Source: the human T2T-CHM13v2.0 reference genome, Homo sapiens. From it: a stretch of DNA of 64,000 nt. Location: the NCBI RefSeq assembly GCF_009914755.1, contig NC_060925.1; one strand, 5' to 3'. Position numbers and translations under genes: made by a program. Below, one piece after another: positions 13,272 through 28,200 of the stretch; the first letter of the stretch is position 1, and each line of letters starts with the position of its first letter. The notes beneath the pieces are model-generated. The model searched no databases. It had not been told where the DNA came from and saw only the letters and a list, made by a program, of their open reading frames with translations.

Positions 13272-16200
13272 GAATGGAATTGAATGGAATCATCGAATGG
13301 TCTCGATTGGAATCATTATCAAATGGAATCGAATGGAATCACCGAATAGAATCGAATGGAACAATCATCGAATGGACTCAAATGGAATTATCCTCAAATG
13401 GAATCGAATGGAATTATCGAATGCAATCGAATGGAATTATCGAATGCAATCGAATAGAATCATCGAATGGACTCGAATGGAATCATCGAATGGAATGGAA
13501 TGGAACAGTCAATGAACTCGAATGGAATCATCATTGAATGGAATCGAATGGAATCATCGAGTGGAATCGAATGGAATTATGATCAAATGGAATCGAATGT
13601 AATCCTCATCAAATGGAATCAAAAATAACCATCATCAATTGGTATTGAATGGAATTGTCATCAAATGGAATTCAAAGGAATCATCATCAAATGGAACCGA
13701 ATGGAATCCTCATTGAATGGAAATGAAAGTGGTCATCATCTAATGGAATCGCATGGAATCATCATCAAATGGAATCGAATGGAATCATCATCAAATGGAA
13801 TCTAAGGGAATCATTGAACAGAATTGAATGGAATCCTCATCGAATGAATTGAATGCAATCATCGAATGGTCTCGAATGGAATCATCTTCAAATGGAAAGG
13901 AATGGAATCATCGCATAGAATCGAATGGAATTATCATCGAATGGAATCGAATGGTATCAACATCAAACGGAAAAAAACGGAATTATGGAATGGAATCGAA
14001 GAGAATCTTCGAACGGACCCGAATGGAATCATCTAATGGAATGGAATGGAATAATCCATGGACTCGAATGCAATGATCATCGAATGGAATCCAATGGAAT
14101 CATCGAATGGACTCGAATGGAATAATCATTGAACGGAATCGAATGGAATCATCATCGGATGGAAACGAATGGAATCATCATCGAATGGGAATGAAAGGAG
14201 TCATCATCTAATGGAATTGCATGGAATCATCATAAAATGGAATCGAAGGGAATCAACATCAAATGGAATCAAATGGAATCATTGAACGGAATTGAATGGA
14301 ATCGTCATCGAATGAATTGACTGCAATCATCGAATGGTCTCGAATGGAATCATCTTCAAATGGAATGGAATGGAATCATCGCATAGAATCGAATGGAATT
14401 ATCATCGAATGGATTCGAATGGAATCAACATCAAACGGAAAAAAACGGAATTATCGAATGGAATCGAAGGGAATCATCGAATGGACCCGAATGGAATCAT
14501 CTAATGGAATGGAATGGAATAATCCATGGACTCGAATGCAATCATCATCGAATGGAATCGAATGGAATCATCGAATGGACTCGAATGGAATAATCATTGA
14601 ACGGAATCGAATGGAATCATCATCGGATGGAAATGAATGGAATCATCATCGAATGGAATCGAATAGAACTATGGAATGAAATCCAGTGTGATCATCATCG
14701 AATGGACAAGAATGGAATCATCATCCAACGGAAGCTAATGGAATCAACATCGAATGAATCAAATGGAAACACCATCGAATTGAAACGAATGGAATTACCA
14801 TGAAATTGAAATGGATGGACTCATCATCGAATGGATTCGAATGGAATCATCGAATAAAATTGATTGAAATCATCATCGAATGGAATCGAATGGTATCATT
14901 GAGTGGAATCGAATGGAATCATCATCAGATGGAAATGAATGGAATCGTCATAGAATGGAATCGAATGGATTCATTGAATGGAATCAGATGGAATCATCGA
15001 ATGGACTGGAATGGAATCATTGAATGGACTCGAAAGGGATCATTATTGAATGGAATTGAATGGAATCATCGAATGGTCTCGATTGGAATCATTATCAAAT
15101 GGAATCGAATGGAATCACCGAATAGAATCGAATGGAACAATCATCGAATGGACTCAAATGGAATTATCCTCAAATGGAATCGAATGGAATTATCGAATGC
15201 AATCGAATGGAATTATCGAATGCAATCGAATAGAATCATCGAATGGACTCGAATGGAATCATCGAATGGAGTGGAATGGAACAGTCAATGAACTCGAATG
15301 GAATCATCATTGAATGGAATCGAATGGAATCATCGAGTGGAATCGAATGGAATTATGATCAAATGGAATCGAATGTAATCATCATCAAATGGAATCAAAA
15401 ATAACCATCATCAATTGGTATTGAATGGAATTCTCATCAAATGGAATTCAAAGGAATCATCATCAAATGGAACCGAATGGAATCCTCATTGAATGGAAAT
15501 GAAAGGGGTCATCATCTAATGGAATCGCATGGAATCATCATCAAATTGAATCGAATGGAATCATCATCAAATGGAATCTAATGGAATCATTGAACAGAAT
15601 TGAATGGAATCGTCATCGAATGAATTGAATGCAATCATCGAATGGTCTCGAATGGAATCATCTTCTAATGGAAAGGAATGGAATCATCGCATAGAAACGA
15701 ATGGAATTATCATCGAATGGAATCGAATGGTATCAACACCAAACGGAAAAAAACGGAATTATCGAATGGAATCGAAGAGAATCTTCGAACGGACCCGAAT
15801 GGAATCATCTAATGGAATGGAATGGAATAATCCATGGACTCGAATGCAATGATCATCGAATGGAATCCAATGGAATCATCGAATGGACTCGAATGGAATA
15901 ATCATTGAACGGAATCGAATGGAATCATCATCGGATGGAAACGAATGGAATCATCATCGAATGGAATCGAATAGAATTATGGAATGAAATCCAGTGTGAT
16001 CATCATCGAATGGACCCGAATGGAATCATCATCCAACGGAAGCTAATGGAATCAACATGGAATGAATCAAATGGAAACACCATCGAATTGAAACGAATGG
16101 AATTACCATGAAATTGAAATGGATGGACTCATCATCAAATGGATTCGAATGGAATCATCGAATAAAATTGATTGAAATCATCATCGAATGGAATCGAATG

Positions 16201-19200
16201 GTATCATTGAATGGAATCGAATGGAATCATCATCAGATGGAAATGAATGGAATCGTCATAGAATGGAATCGAATGGATTCATTGAATGGAATCAGATGGA
16301 ATCAATGAATGGACTGGAATGGAATCATTGAATGGACTCGAAAGGGATCATTATTGAATGGAATTGAATGGAATCATCGAATGGTCTCGATTGGAATCAT
16401 TATCAAATGGAATCGAATGGAATCACCGAATAGAATCGAATGGAACAATCATCGAATGGACTCAAATGGAATTATCCTCCAATGGAATCGAACGGAATTA
16501 TCGAATGCAATCGAATGGAATTATCGAATGCAATCGAATAGAATCATCGAATGGACTCGAATGGAATCATCGAATGGAATGGAATGGAACAGTCAATGAA
16601 CTCGAATGGAATCATCATTGAATGGAATCGAATGGAATCATCGAGTGGAATCGAAAGGAATTATGACCAAATGGAATCGAATGTAATCATCATCAAATGG
16701 AATCAAAAATAACCATCATGAATTGGTATTGAATGGAATTGTCATCAAATGGAATTCAAAGGAATCATCATCAAATGGAACCGAATGGAATCCTCATTGA
16801 ATGGAAATGAAAGGGGTTATCATCTAATGGAATCGCATGGAATCATCATCAAATGGAATCGAATGGAATCATCATCAAATGGAATCTAATGGAATCATTG
16901 AAAAGAATTGAATGGAATCGTCATCGAATGAATTGAATGCAATCATCGAATGGTCTCGAATGGAATCATCTTCTAATGGAAAGGAATGGAATCATCGCAT
17001 AGAATCGAATGCAATTATCATCGAATGGAATCGAATGGTATCAACACCAAACGGAAAAAAACGGAATTATCGAATGGAATCGAAGAGAATCTTCGAACGG
17101 ACCCGAATGGAATCATCTAATGGAATGGAATGGAATAATCCATGGACTCGAATGCAATCATCATCGAATGGAATCGAATGGAATCATCGAATGGACTCGA
17201 ATGGAATAATCATTGAACGGAATCGAATGGAATCATCATCGGATGGAAACGAATGGAATCATCATCGAATGGAAATGAAAGGAGTCATCATCTAATGGAA
17301 TTGCATGGAATCATCATCAAATGGAATCGAATGGAATCAACATCAAATGGAATCAAATGGAATCATTGAACGGAATTGAATGGAATCGTCATCGAATGAA
17401 TTGACTGCAATCATCGAATGGTCTCGAATGGAATCATCTTCAAATGGAATGGAATGGAATCATCGCATAGAATCGAATGGAATTATCATCGAATGGAATC
17501 GAATGGAATCAACATCAAACGGAAAAAAACGGAATTATCGAATGGAATCGAAGAGAATCATCGAATGGACCCGAATGGAATCATCTAATGGAATGGAATG
17601 GAATAATCCATGGACTCGAATGCAATCATCACCGAATGGAATCGAATGGAATCATCGAATGGACTCGAATGGAATAATCATTGAACGGAATCGAATGGAA
17701 TCATCATCGGATGGAAATGAAAGGAGTCATCATCTAATGGAATTGCATGGAATCATCATAAAATGGAATCGAATGGAATCAACATCAAATGGAATCAAAT
17801 GGAATCATTGAACGGAATTGAATGGAATCGTCATCGAATGAATTGAATGCAATCATCGAATGGTCTCGAATGGAATCATCTTCAAATGGAATGGAATGGA
17901 ATGGAATCATCGCATAGAATCGAATGGAATTATCATCGAATGGAATCGAATGGAATCAACATCAAACGGAAAAATACGGAATTATCGAATGGAATCGAAG
18001 AGAATCATCGAATGGACCCGAATGGAATCATCTAATGGAATGGAATGGAATAATCCATGGACTCGAATGCAATCATCATCGAATGGAATCGAATGGAATC
18101 ATCGAATGGACTCGTATGGAATAATCATTGAACGGAATCGAATGGAATCGTCATCGGATGGAAATGAATGGAATCATCATCGAATGGAATCGAATAGAAT
18201 TATGGAATGAAATCCAGTGTGATCATCATCGAATGGACCCGAATGGAATCATCATCCAACGGAAGCTAATGGAATCAACATCGAATGAATCGAATGGAAA
18301 CGCCATCGAATTGAAACGAATGGAATTACAATGAAATTGAAATGGATGGACTCATCATCGAATGGATTCCAATGGAATCATCGAATAAAATTGATTGAAA
18401 TCATCATCGAATGGTATCGAATGGTATCATTGAATGGAATCGAATGGAATCATCATCAGATGGAAATGAATGGAATCGTCATAGAATGGAATCGAATGGA
18501 TTCATTGAATGGAATCAGATGGAATCATCGAATGGACTGGAATGGAATCATTGAATGGACTCGAAAGGGATCATGATTGAATGGAATTGAATGGAATCAT
18601 CGAATGGTCTCGATTGGAATCATTATCAAATGGAATCGAATGGAATCACCGAATAGAATCGAATGGAACAATCATCGAATGGACTCAAATGGAATTATCC
18701 TCAAATGGAATCGAATGGAATTATCGAATGCAATCGAATAGAATCATCGAATGGACTCGAATGGAATCATCGAATGGAATGGAATGGAACAGTCAATGAA
18801 CTCGAATGGAATCATCATTGAATGGAATCGAATGGAATCATCGAGTGGAATCGAATGGAATTATGATCAAATGGAATCGAATGTAATCATCATCAAATGG
18901 AATCAAAAATAACCATCATCAACTGGTATTGAATGGAATTCTCATCAAATGGAATTCAAAGGAATCATCATCAAATGGAACTGAATGGAATCCTCATTGA
19001 ATGGAAATGAAAGGGGTCATCATCTAATGGAATCGCATGGAATCATCATCAAATGGAATCGAATGGAATCATCATCAAATGGAATCTGATGGAATCATTG
19101 AACAGAATTGAATGGAATCGTCATCGAATGAATTGAATGCAATCATCGAATGGTCTCGAATGGAATCACATTCTAATGGAAAGGAATGGAATCATCGCAT

Positions 19201-22200
19201 AGAATCGAATGGAATTATCATCGAATGGAATCGAATGGTATCAACATCAAACGGAAAAAAACGGAATTATCGAATGGAATCGAAGAGAATCCTCGATCGG
19301 ACCCGAATGGAATCATCTAATGGAATGGAATGGAATAATCCATGGAGTCGAATGCAATCATCATCGAATGGAATCGAATGGAATCATCGAATGGACTCGA
19401 ATGGAATAATCATTGAACGGAATCGAATGGAATCATCTTCGGATGTAAACGAATGGAATCATCATGGAATGGAAATGAGAGGAATCATCATCTAATGGAA
19501 TTGCATGGAATCATCATAAAATGGAATCGAATGGAATCAACATCAAATGGAATCAAATGTAATCATTGAACGGAATTGAATGGAATCGTCATCGAATGAA
19601 TTGAATGAAATCATCGAATGGTCTCGAATGGAATCATCTTCAAACGGAATGGAATGGAATCATCGCATAGAATCGAATGGAATTATCATCGAATGGAATC
19701 GAATGGAATCAACATCAAACGGAAAAAAACGGAATTATCGAATGGAATCGAAGAGAATCATCGAATGGACCCGAATGGAATCATCTAATGGAATGGAATG
19801 GAATAATCCGTGGACTCGAATGCAATCATCATCGAATGGAATCGAATGGAATCATCGAATGGACTCGAATGGAATAATCATTGAACGGAATCGAATGGAA
19901 TCATCATCGGATGGAAATGAATGGAATCATCATCGAATGGAATCGAATAGAATTATGGAATGAAATCCAGTGTGATCATCATCGAATGGACCCGAATGGA
20001 ATCATCATCCATCGGAAGCAAATGGAAGCAACATCGAATGAATCGAATGGAAACACCATCGAATTGAAACGAATGGAATTATCATGAAATTGAAATGGAT
20101 GGACTCATCATCGAATGGATTCGAATGGAATCATCGAATAAAATTGATTGAAATCATCATCAAATGGAATCGAATGGTATCATTGAATGGAATCGAATGG
20201 AATCATCATCAGATGGAAATGAAAGGAATCGTCATAGAATGGAATCGAATGGATTCATTGAATGGAATCAGATGGAATCATTGAATGGACTGGAATGGAA
20301 TCATTGAATGGACTCGAAAGGGATCATGATTGAATGGAATTGAATGGAATCATCGAATGGTCTCGATTGGAATCATTATCAAATGGAATCGAATGGAATC
20401 ACCGAATAGAATCGAATGGAACAATCATCGAATGGACTCAAATGGAATTATCCTCAAATGGAATTGAATGGAATTATCGAATGCAATCGAATGGAATTAT
20501 CGAATGCAATCGAATAGAATCATCGAATGGACTCGAATGGAATCATCGAGTGGAATGGAATGGAACAGTCAATGAACTCAAATGGAATCATCATTGAATG
20601 GAATCGAATGGAATCATCGAGTGGAATCGAATGTAATCATCATCAAATGGAATCAAAAATAACCATCATCAAATGGAATCAAAAATAACAATCATCAATT
20701 GGTATTGAATGGAATTCTCTTCAAATGGAATTCAAAGGAATCATCATCAAATGGAACCGAATGGAATCCTCATTGAATGGAAATGAAAGGGGTCATCATC
20801 TAATGGAATCGCATGGAATCATCATCAAATGGAATCGAATGGAATCATCATCAAATGGAATCTAATGGAATCATTGAAAAGAATTGAATGGAATCATCAT
20901 CGAATGAATTGAATGCAATCATCGAATGGTCTCGAATGGAATCATCTTCTAATGGAAAGGAATGGAATCATCGCATAGAATCGAATGGAATTAACATTGA
21001 ATGGAATCGAATGGAATCAACATCAAATGGAATCAAGCGGAATTATCGAATGAAATCGAAGAGAATCATCGAATGGACTCGAAGGGAATCATCTAATGGA
21101 ATGGAATGGAATAATCCACGGACTCGAATGCAATCATCATCGTATAGAATCGAATGGAATCATCGAATGGACTCGAGTGGAATAACCATTGAACGGAATC
21201 GAATGGAATCATCATCGGATGGAAACGAATGGAATCATCATCGAATGGAAATGAAAGGAGTCATCATCTAATGGAATTGCATGGAATCATCATAAAATGG
21301 AATCGAATGGAATCATCATCAAATGGAATCAAATGGAAGCATTGAACGGAATTGAATGGAATCGTCATCGAATGAATTGAATGCAATCATCGAATGGTCT
21401 CGAATGGAATCATCTTCAAATGGAATGGAATGGAATCATCGCATAGAATCGAATGGAATTATCATCGAATGGAATCGAATGGTATCAACATCAAACGGAA
21501 AAAAACGGAATTACCGAATGGAATCGAAGAGAATCTTCGAACGGACCCGAATGGAATCATCTAATGGAATGGAATGGAATAATCCATGGACTCGAATGCA
21601 ATCATCATCGAATGGAATCGAATGGAATCATTGAATGGACTCGAATGGAATAATCATTGAACGGAATCGAATGGAATCATCATCGCATGGAAATGAATGG
21701 AATCCTCATCGAATGGAATCGAATAGAATTATGGAATGAAATCCAGTGTGATCATCATCGAATGGACCCGAATGGAATCATCATCCAACGGAAGCTAATG
21801 GAATCAACATCGAATGAATCGAATGGAAACACCATCGAATTGAAACGAATGGAATTATCATGAAATTGAAATGGATGGACCCATCATCGAATGGATTCGA
21901 ATGGAATCATCGAATAAAATTGATTGAAATCATCATCAAATGGAATCGAATGGTGTCATTGAATGGGATCGAATGGAATCATCGTCAGATGGAAATGAAT
22001 GGAATCGTCATAGAATGGAATCGAATGGATTCATTGAATGGAATCAGATGGAATCATCGAATGGACTGGAATGGAATCATTGAATGGACACGAATGGAAT
22101 CATTATTGAATGGAATTGAATGGAATCATCGAATGGTCTCGATTGGAATCATTACCAAATGGAATCGAATGGAATCACCGAATAGAATCGAATGGAACAA

Positions 22201-25200
22201 TCATCGAATGGACTCAAATGGAATTATCCTCAAATGGAATCGAATGGAATTATCGAATGCAATCGAATGGAATTATCGAATGCAATCGAATAGAATCATC
22301 GAATGGACTCGAATGGAATCATCGAATGGAATGGAATGGAACAGTCAATGAACTCGAATGGAATCATCATTGAATGGAATCGAATGGAATCATCGAGTGG
22401 AATCGAATGGAATTATGATCAAATGGAATCGAATGTAATCCTCATCAAATGGAATCAAAAATAACCATCATCAATTGGTATTGAATGGAATTGTCATCAA
22501 ATGGAATTCAAAGGAATCATCATCAAATGGAACCGAATGGAATCCTCATTGAATGGAAATGAAAGTGGTCATCATCTAATGGAATCGCATGGAATCATCA
22601 TCAAATGGAATCGAGTGGAATCATCATCAAATGGAATCTAAGGGAATCATTGAACAGAATTGAATGGAATCCTCATCGAATGAATTGAATGCAATCATCG
22701 AATGGTCTCGAATGGAATCATCTTCAAATGGAAAGGAATGGAATCATCGCATAGAATCGAATGGAATTATCATCGAATGGAATCCAATGGTATCAACATC
22801 AAACGGAAAAAAACGGAATTATGGAATGGAATCGAAGAGAATCTTCGAACGGACCCGAATGGAATCATCTAATGGAATGGAATGGAATAATCCATGGACT
22901 CGAATGCAATCATGATCCAATGGAATCGAATGGAATCATCGAATGGACTCGAATGGAATAATCATTGAACGGAATCGAATGGAATCATCATCGGATGGAA
23001 ACGAATGGAATCATCATCGAATGGAAATGAAAGGAGTCATCATCTAATGGAATTGCATGGAATCATCATAAAATGGAATCGAAGGGAATCAACATCAAAT
23101 GGAATCAAATGGAATCATTGAACGGAATTGAATGGAATCGTCATCGAATGAATTGACTGCAATCATCGAATGGTCTCGAATGGAATCATCTTCAAATGGA
23201 ATGGAATGGAATCATCGCATAGAATCGAATGGAATTATCATCGAATGGATTCGAATGGAATCAACATCAAACGGAAAATAACGGAATTATCGAATGGAAT
23301 CGAAGGGAATCATCGAATGGACCCGAATGGAATCATCTAATGGAATGGAATGGAATAATCCATGGACTCGAATGCAATCATCATCGAATGGAATCGAATG
23401 GAATCATCGAATGGACTCGAATGGAATAATCATTGAACGGAATCGAATGGAATCATCATCGGATGGAAATGAATGGAATCATCATCGAATGGAATCGAAT
23501 AGAATTATGGAATGAAATCCAGTGTGATCATCATCGAATGGACAAGAATGGAATCATCATCCAACGGAAGCTAATGGAATCAACATCGAATGAATCAAAT
23601 GGAAACACCATCGAATTGAAACGAATGGAATTACCATGAAATTGAAATGGATGGACTCATCATCGAATGGATTCGAATGGAATCATCGAATAAAATTGAT
23701 TGAAATCATCATCGAATGGAATCGAATGGTATCATTGAATGGAATCGAATGGAATCAACATCAGATGGAAATGAATGGAATCGTCATAGAATGGAATCGA
23801 ATGGATTCATTGAATGGAATCAGATGGAATCATCGAATGGACTGGAATGGAATCATTGAATGGACTCGAAAGGGATCATGATTGAATGGAATTGAATGGA
23901 ATCATCGAATGGTCTCGATTGGAATCATTATCAAATGGAATCGAATGGAATCACCGAATAGAATCGAATGGAACAATCATCGAATGGACTCAAATGGAAT
24001 TATCCTCCAATGGAATCGAATGGAATTATCGAATGCAATCGAATGGAATTATCGAATGCAATCGAATAGAATCATCGAATGGACTCGAATGGAATCATCG
24101 AATGGAGTGGAATGGAACAGTCAATGAACTCGAATGGAATCATCATTGAATGGAATCGAATGGAATCATCGAGTGGAATCGAATGGAATTATGATCAAAT
24201 GGAATCGAATGTAATCATCATCAAATGGAATCAAAAATAACCATCATCAATTGGTATTGAATGGAATTCTCATCAAATGGAATTCAAAGGAATCATCATC
24301 AAATGGAACCGAATGGAATCCTCATTGAATGGAAATGAAAGGGGTCATCATCTAATGGAATCGCATGGAATCATCATCAAATTGAATCGAATGGAATCAT
24401 CATCAAATGGAATCTAATGGAATCATTGAACAGAATTGAATGGAATCGTCATCGAATGAATTGAATGCAATCATCGAATGGTCTCGAATGGAATCATCTT
24501 CTAATGGAAAGGAATGGAATCATCGCATAGAAACGAATGGAATTATCATCGAATGGAATCGAATGGTATCAACATCAAACGGAAAAAAACGGAATTATCG
24601 AATGGAATCGAAGAGAATCTTCGAACGGACCCGAATGGAATCATCTAATGGAATGGAATGGAATAATCCATGGACTCGAATGCAATGATCATCGAATGGA
24701 ATCCAATGGAATCATCGAATGGACTCGAATGGAATAATCATTGAACGGAATCGAATGGAATCATCATCGGATGGAAACGAATGGAATCATCATCGAATGG
24801 AATCGAATAGAATTATGGAATGAAATCCAGTGTGATCATCATCGAATGGACCCGAATGGAATCATCATCCAACGGAAGCTAATGGAATCAACATCGAATG
24901 AATCAAATGGAAACACCATCGAATTGAAACGAATGGAATTACCATGAAATTGAAATGGATGGACTCATCATCAAATGGATTCGAATGGAATCATCGAATA
25001 AAATTGATTGAAATCATCATCGAATGGAATCGAATGGTATCATTGAATGGAATCGAATGGAATCATCATCAGATGGAAATGAATGGAATCGTCATAGAAT
25101 GGAATCGAATGGATTCATTGAATGGAATCAGATGGAATCATTGAATGGACTGGAATGGAATCATTGAATGGACTCGAAAGGGATCATTATTGAATGGAAT

Positions 25201-28200
25201 TGAATGGAATCATCGAATGGTCTCGATTGGAATCATTATCAAATGGAATCGAATGGAATCACCGAATAGAATCGAATGGAACAATCATCGAATGGACTCA
25301 AATGGAATTATCCTCCAATGGAATCGAATGGAATTATCGAATGCAATCAAATGGAATTATCGAATGCAATCGAATAGAATCATCGAATGGACTCGAATGG
25401 AATCATCGAATGGAATGGAATGGAACAGTAAATGAACTCGAATGGAATCATCATTGAATGGAATCGAATGGAATCATCGAGTGGAATCGAAAGGAATTAT
25501 GACCAAATGGAATCGAATGTAATCATCATCAAATGGAATCAAAAATAACCATCATGAATTGGTATTGAATGGAATTGTCATCAAATGGAATTCAAAGGAA
25601 TCATCATCAAATGGAACCGAATGGAATCCTCATTGAATGGAAATGAAAGGGGTTATCATCTAATGGAATCGCATGGAATCATCATCAAATGGAATCGAAT
25701 GGAATCATTGAAAAGAATTGAATGGAATCGTCATCGAATGAATTGAATGCAATCATCGAATGGTCTCGAATGGAATCATCTTCTAATGGAAAGGAATGGA
25801 ATCATCGCATAGAATCGAATGCAATTATCATCGAATGGAATCGAATGGTATCAACACCAAACGGAAAAAAACGGAATTATCGAATGGAATCGAAGAGAAT
25901 CTTCGAACGGACCCGAATGGAATCATCTAATGGAATGGAATGGAATAATCCATGGACTCGAATGCAATCATCATCGAATGGAATCGAATGGAATCATCGA
26001 ATGGACTCGAATGGAATAATCATTGAACGGAATCGAATGGAATCATCATCGGATGGAAACGAATGGAATCATCATCGAATGGAAATGAAAGGAGTCATCA
26101 TCTAATGGAATTGCATGGAATCATCATCAAATGGAATCGAATGGAATCAACATCAAATGGAATCAAATGGAATCATTGAACGGAATTGAATGGAATCGTC
26201 ATCGAATGAATTGACTGCAATCATCGAATGGTCTCGAATGGAATCATCTTCAAATGGAATGGAATGGAATCATCGCATAGAATCGAATGGAATTATCATC
26301 GAATGGAATCGAATGGAATCAACATCAAACGGAAAAAAACGGAATTATCGAATGGAATCGAAGAGAATCATCGAATGGACCCGAATGGAATCATCTAATG
26401 GAATGGAATGGAATAATCCATGGACTCGAATGCAATCATCACCGAATGGAATCGAATGGAATCATCGAATGGACTCGAATGGAATAATCATTGAACGGAA
26501 TCGAATGGAATCATCATCGGATGGAAATGAAAGGAGTCATCATCTAATGGAATTGCATGGAATCATCATAAAATGGAATCGAATGGAATCAACATCAAAT
26601 GGAATCAAATGGAATCATTGAACGGAATTGAATGGAATCGTCATCGAATGAATTGAATGCAATCATCGAATGGTCTCGAATGGAATCATCTTCAAATGGA
26701 ATGGAATGGAATGGAATCATCGCATAGAATCGAATGGAATTATCATCGAATGGAATCGAATGGAATCAACATCAAACGGAAAAATACGGAATTATCGAAT
26801 GGAATCGAAGAGAATCATCGAATGGACCCGAATGGAATCATCTAATGGAATGGAATGGAATAATCCATGGACTCGAATGCAATCATCATCGAATGGAATC
26901 GAATGGAATCATCGAATGGACTCGTATGGAATAATCATTGAACGGAATCGAATGGAATCGTCATCGGATGGAAATGAATGGAATCATCATCGAATGGAAT
27001 CGAATAGAATTATGGAATGAAATCCAGTGTGATCATCATCGAATGGACCCGAATGGAATCATCATCCAACGGAAGCTAATGGAATCAACATCGAATGAAT
27101 CGAATGGAAACGCCATCGAATTGAAACGAATGGAATTACAATGAAATTGAAATGGATGGACTCATCATCGAATGGATTCCAATGGAATCATCGAATAAAA
27201 TTGATTGAAATCATCATCGAATGGTATCGAATGGTATCATTGAATGGAATCGAATGGAATCATCATCAGATGGAAATGAATGGAATCGTCATAGAATGGA
27301 ATCGAATGGATTCATTGAATGGAATCAGATGGAATCATCGAATGGACTGGAATGGAATCATTGAATGGACTCGAAAGGGATCATGATTGAATGGAATTGA
27401 ATGGAATCATCGAATGGTCTCGATTGGAATCATTATCAAATGGAATCGAATGGAATCACCGAATAGAATCGAATGGAACAATCATCGAATGGACTCAAAT
27501 GGAATTATCCTCAAATGGAATCGAATGGAATTATCGAATGCAATCGAATGGAATTATCGAATGCAATCGAATAGAATCATCGAATGGACTCGAATGGAAT
27601 CATCGAATGGAATGGAATGGAACAGTCAATGAACTCGAATGGAATCATCATTGAATGGAATCGAATGGAATCATCGAGTGGAATCGAATGGAATTATGAT
27701 CAAATGGAATCGAATGTAATCATCATCAAATGGAATCAAAAATAACCATCATCAAATGGAATCAAAAATAACAATCATCAATTGGTATTGAATGGAATTC
27801 TCATCAAATGGAATTCAAAGGAATCATCATCAAATGGAACCGAATGGAATCCTCATTGAATGGAAATGAAAGGGGTCATCATCTAATGGAATCGCATGGA
27901 ATCATCATCAAACGGAATCGAATGGAATCATCATCAAATGGAATCTAATGGAATCATTGAAAAGAATTGAATGGAATCGTCATCGAATGAATTGAATGCA
28001 ATCATCGAATGGTCTCGAATGGAATCATCTTCTAATGGAAAGGAATGGAATCATCGCATAGAATCGAATGGAATTAACATTGAATGGAATCGAATGGAAT
28101 CAACATCAAATGGAATCAAGCGGAATTATCGAATGAAATCGAAGAGAATCATCGAATGGACTCGAATGGAATCATCTAATGGAATGGAATGGAATAATCC

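Larger units (their letters stand above)
1..16355 (+). repeat. Domain of 4860-bp three-unit higher-order repeat (A-B-C): A B C [A/B] C A B C A B'
   Basis: Unit starts are 1, 1777, 3085, 4860, 6636, 8412, 10188, 11496, 13272 and 15048. The offsets 6636 to 11496, 8412 to 13272 and 10188 to 15048 are all 4860, with matching diagnostic SNVs. Confidence 0.85.
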
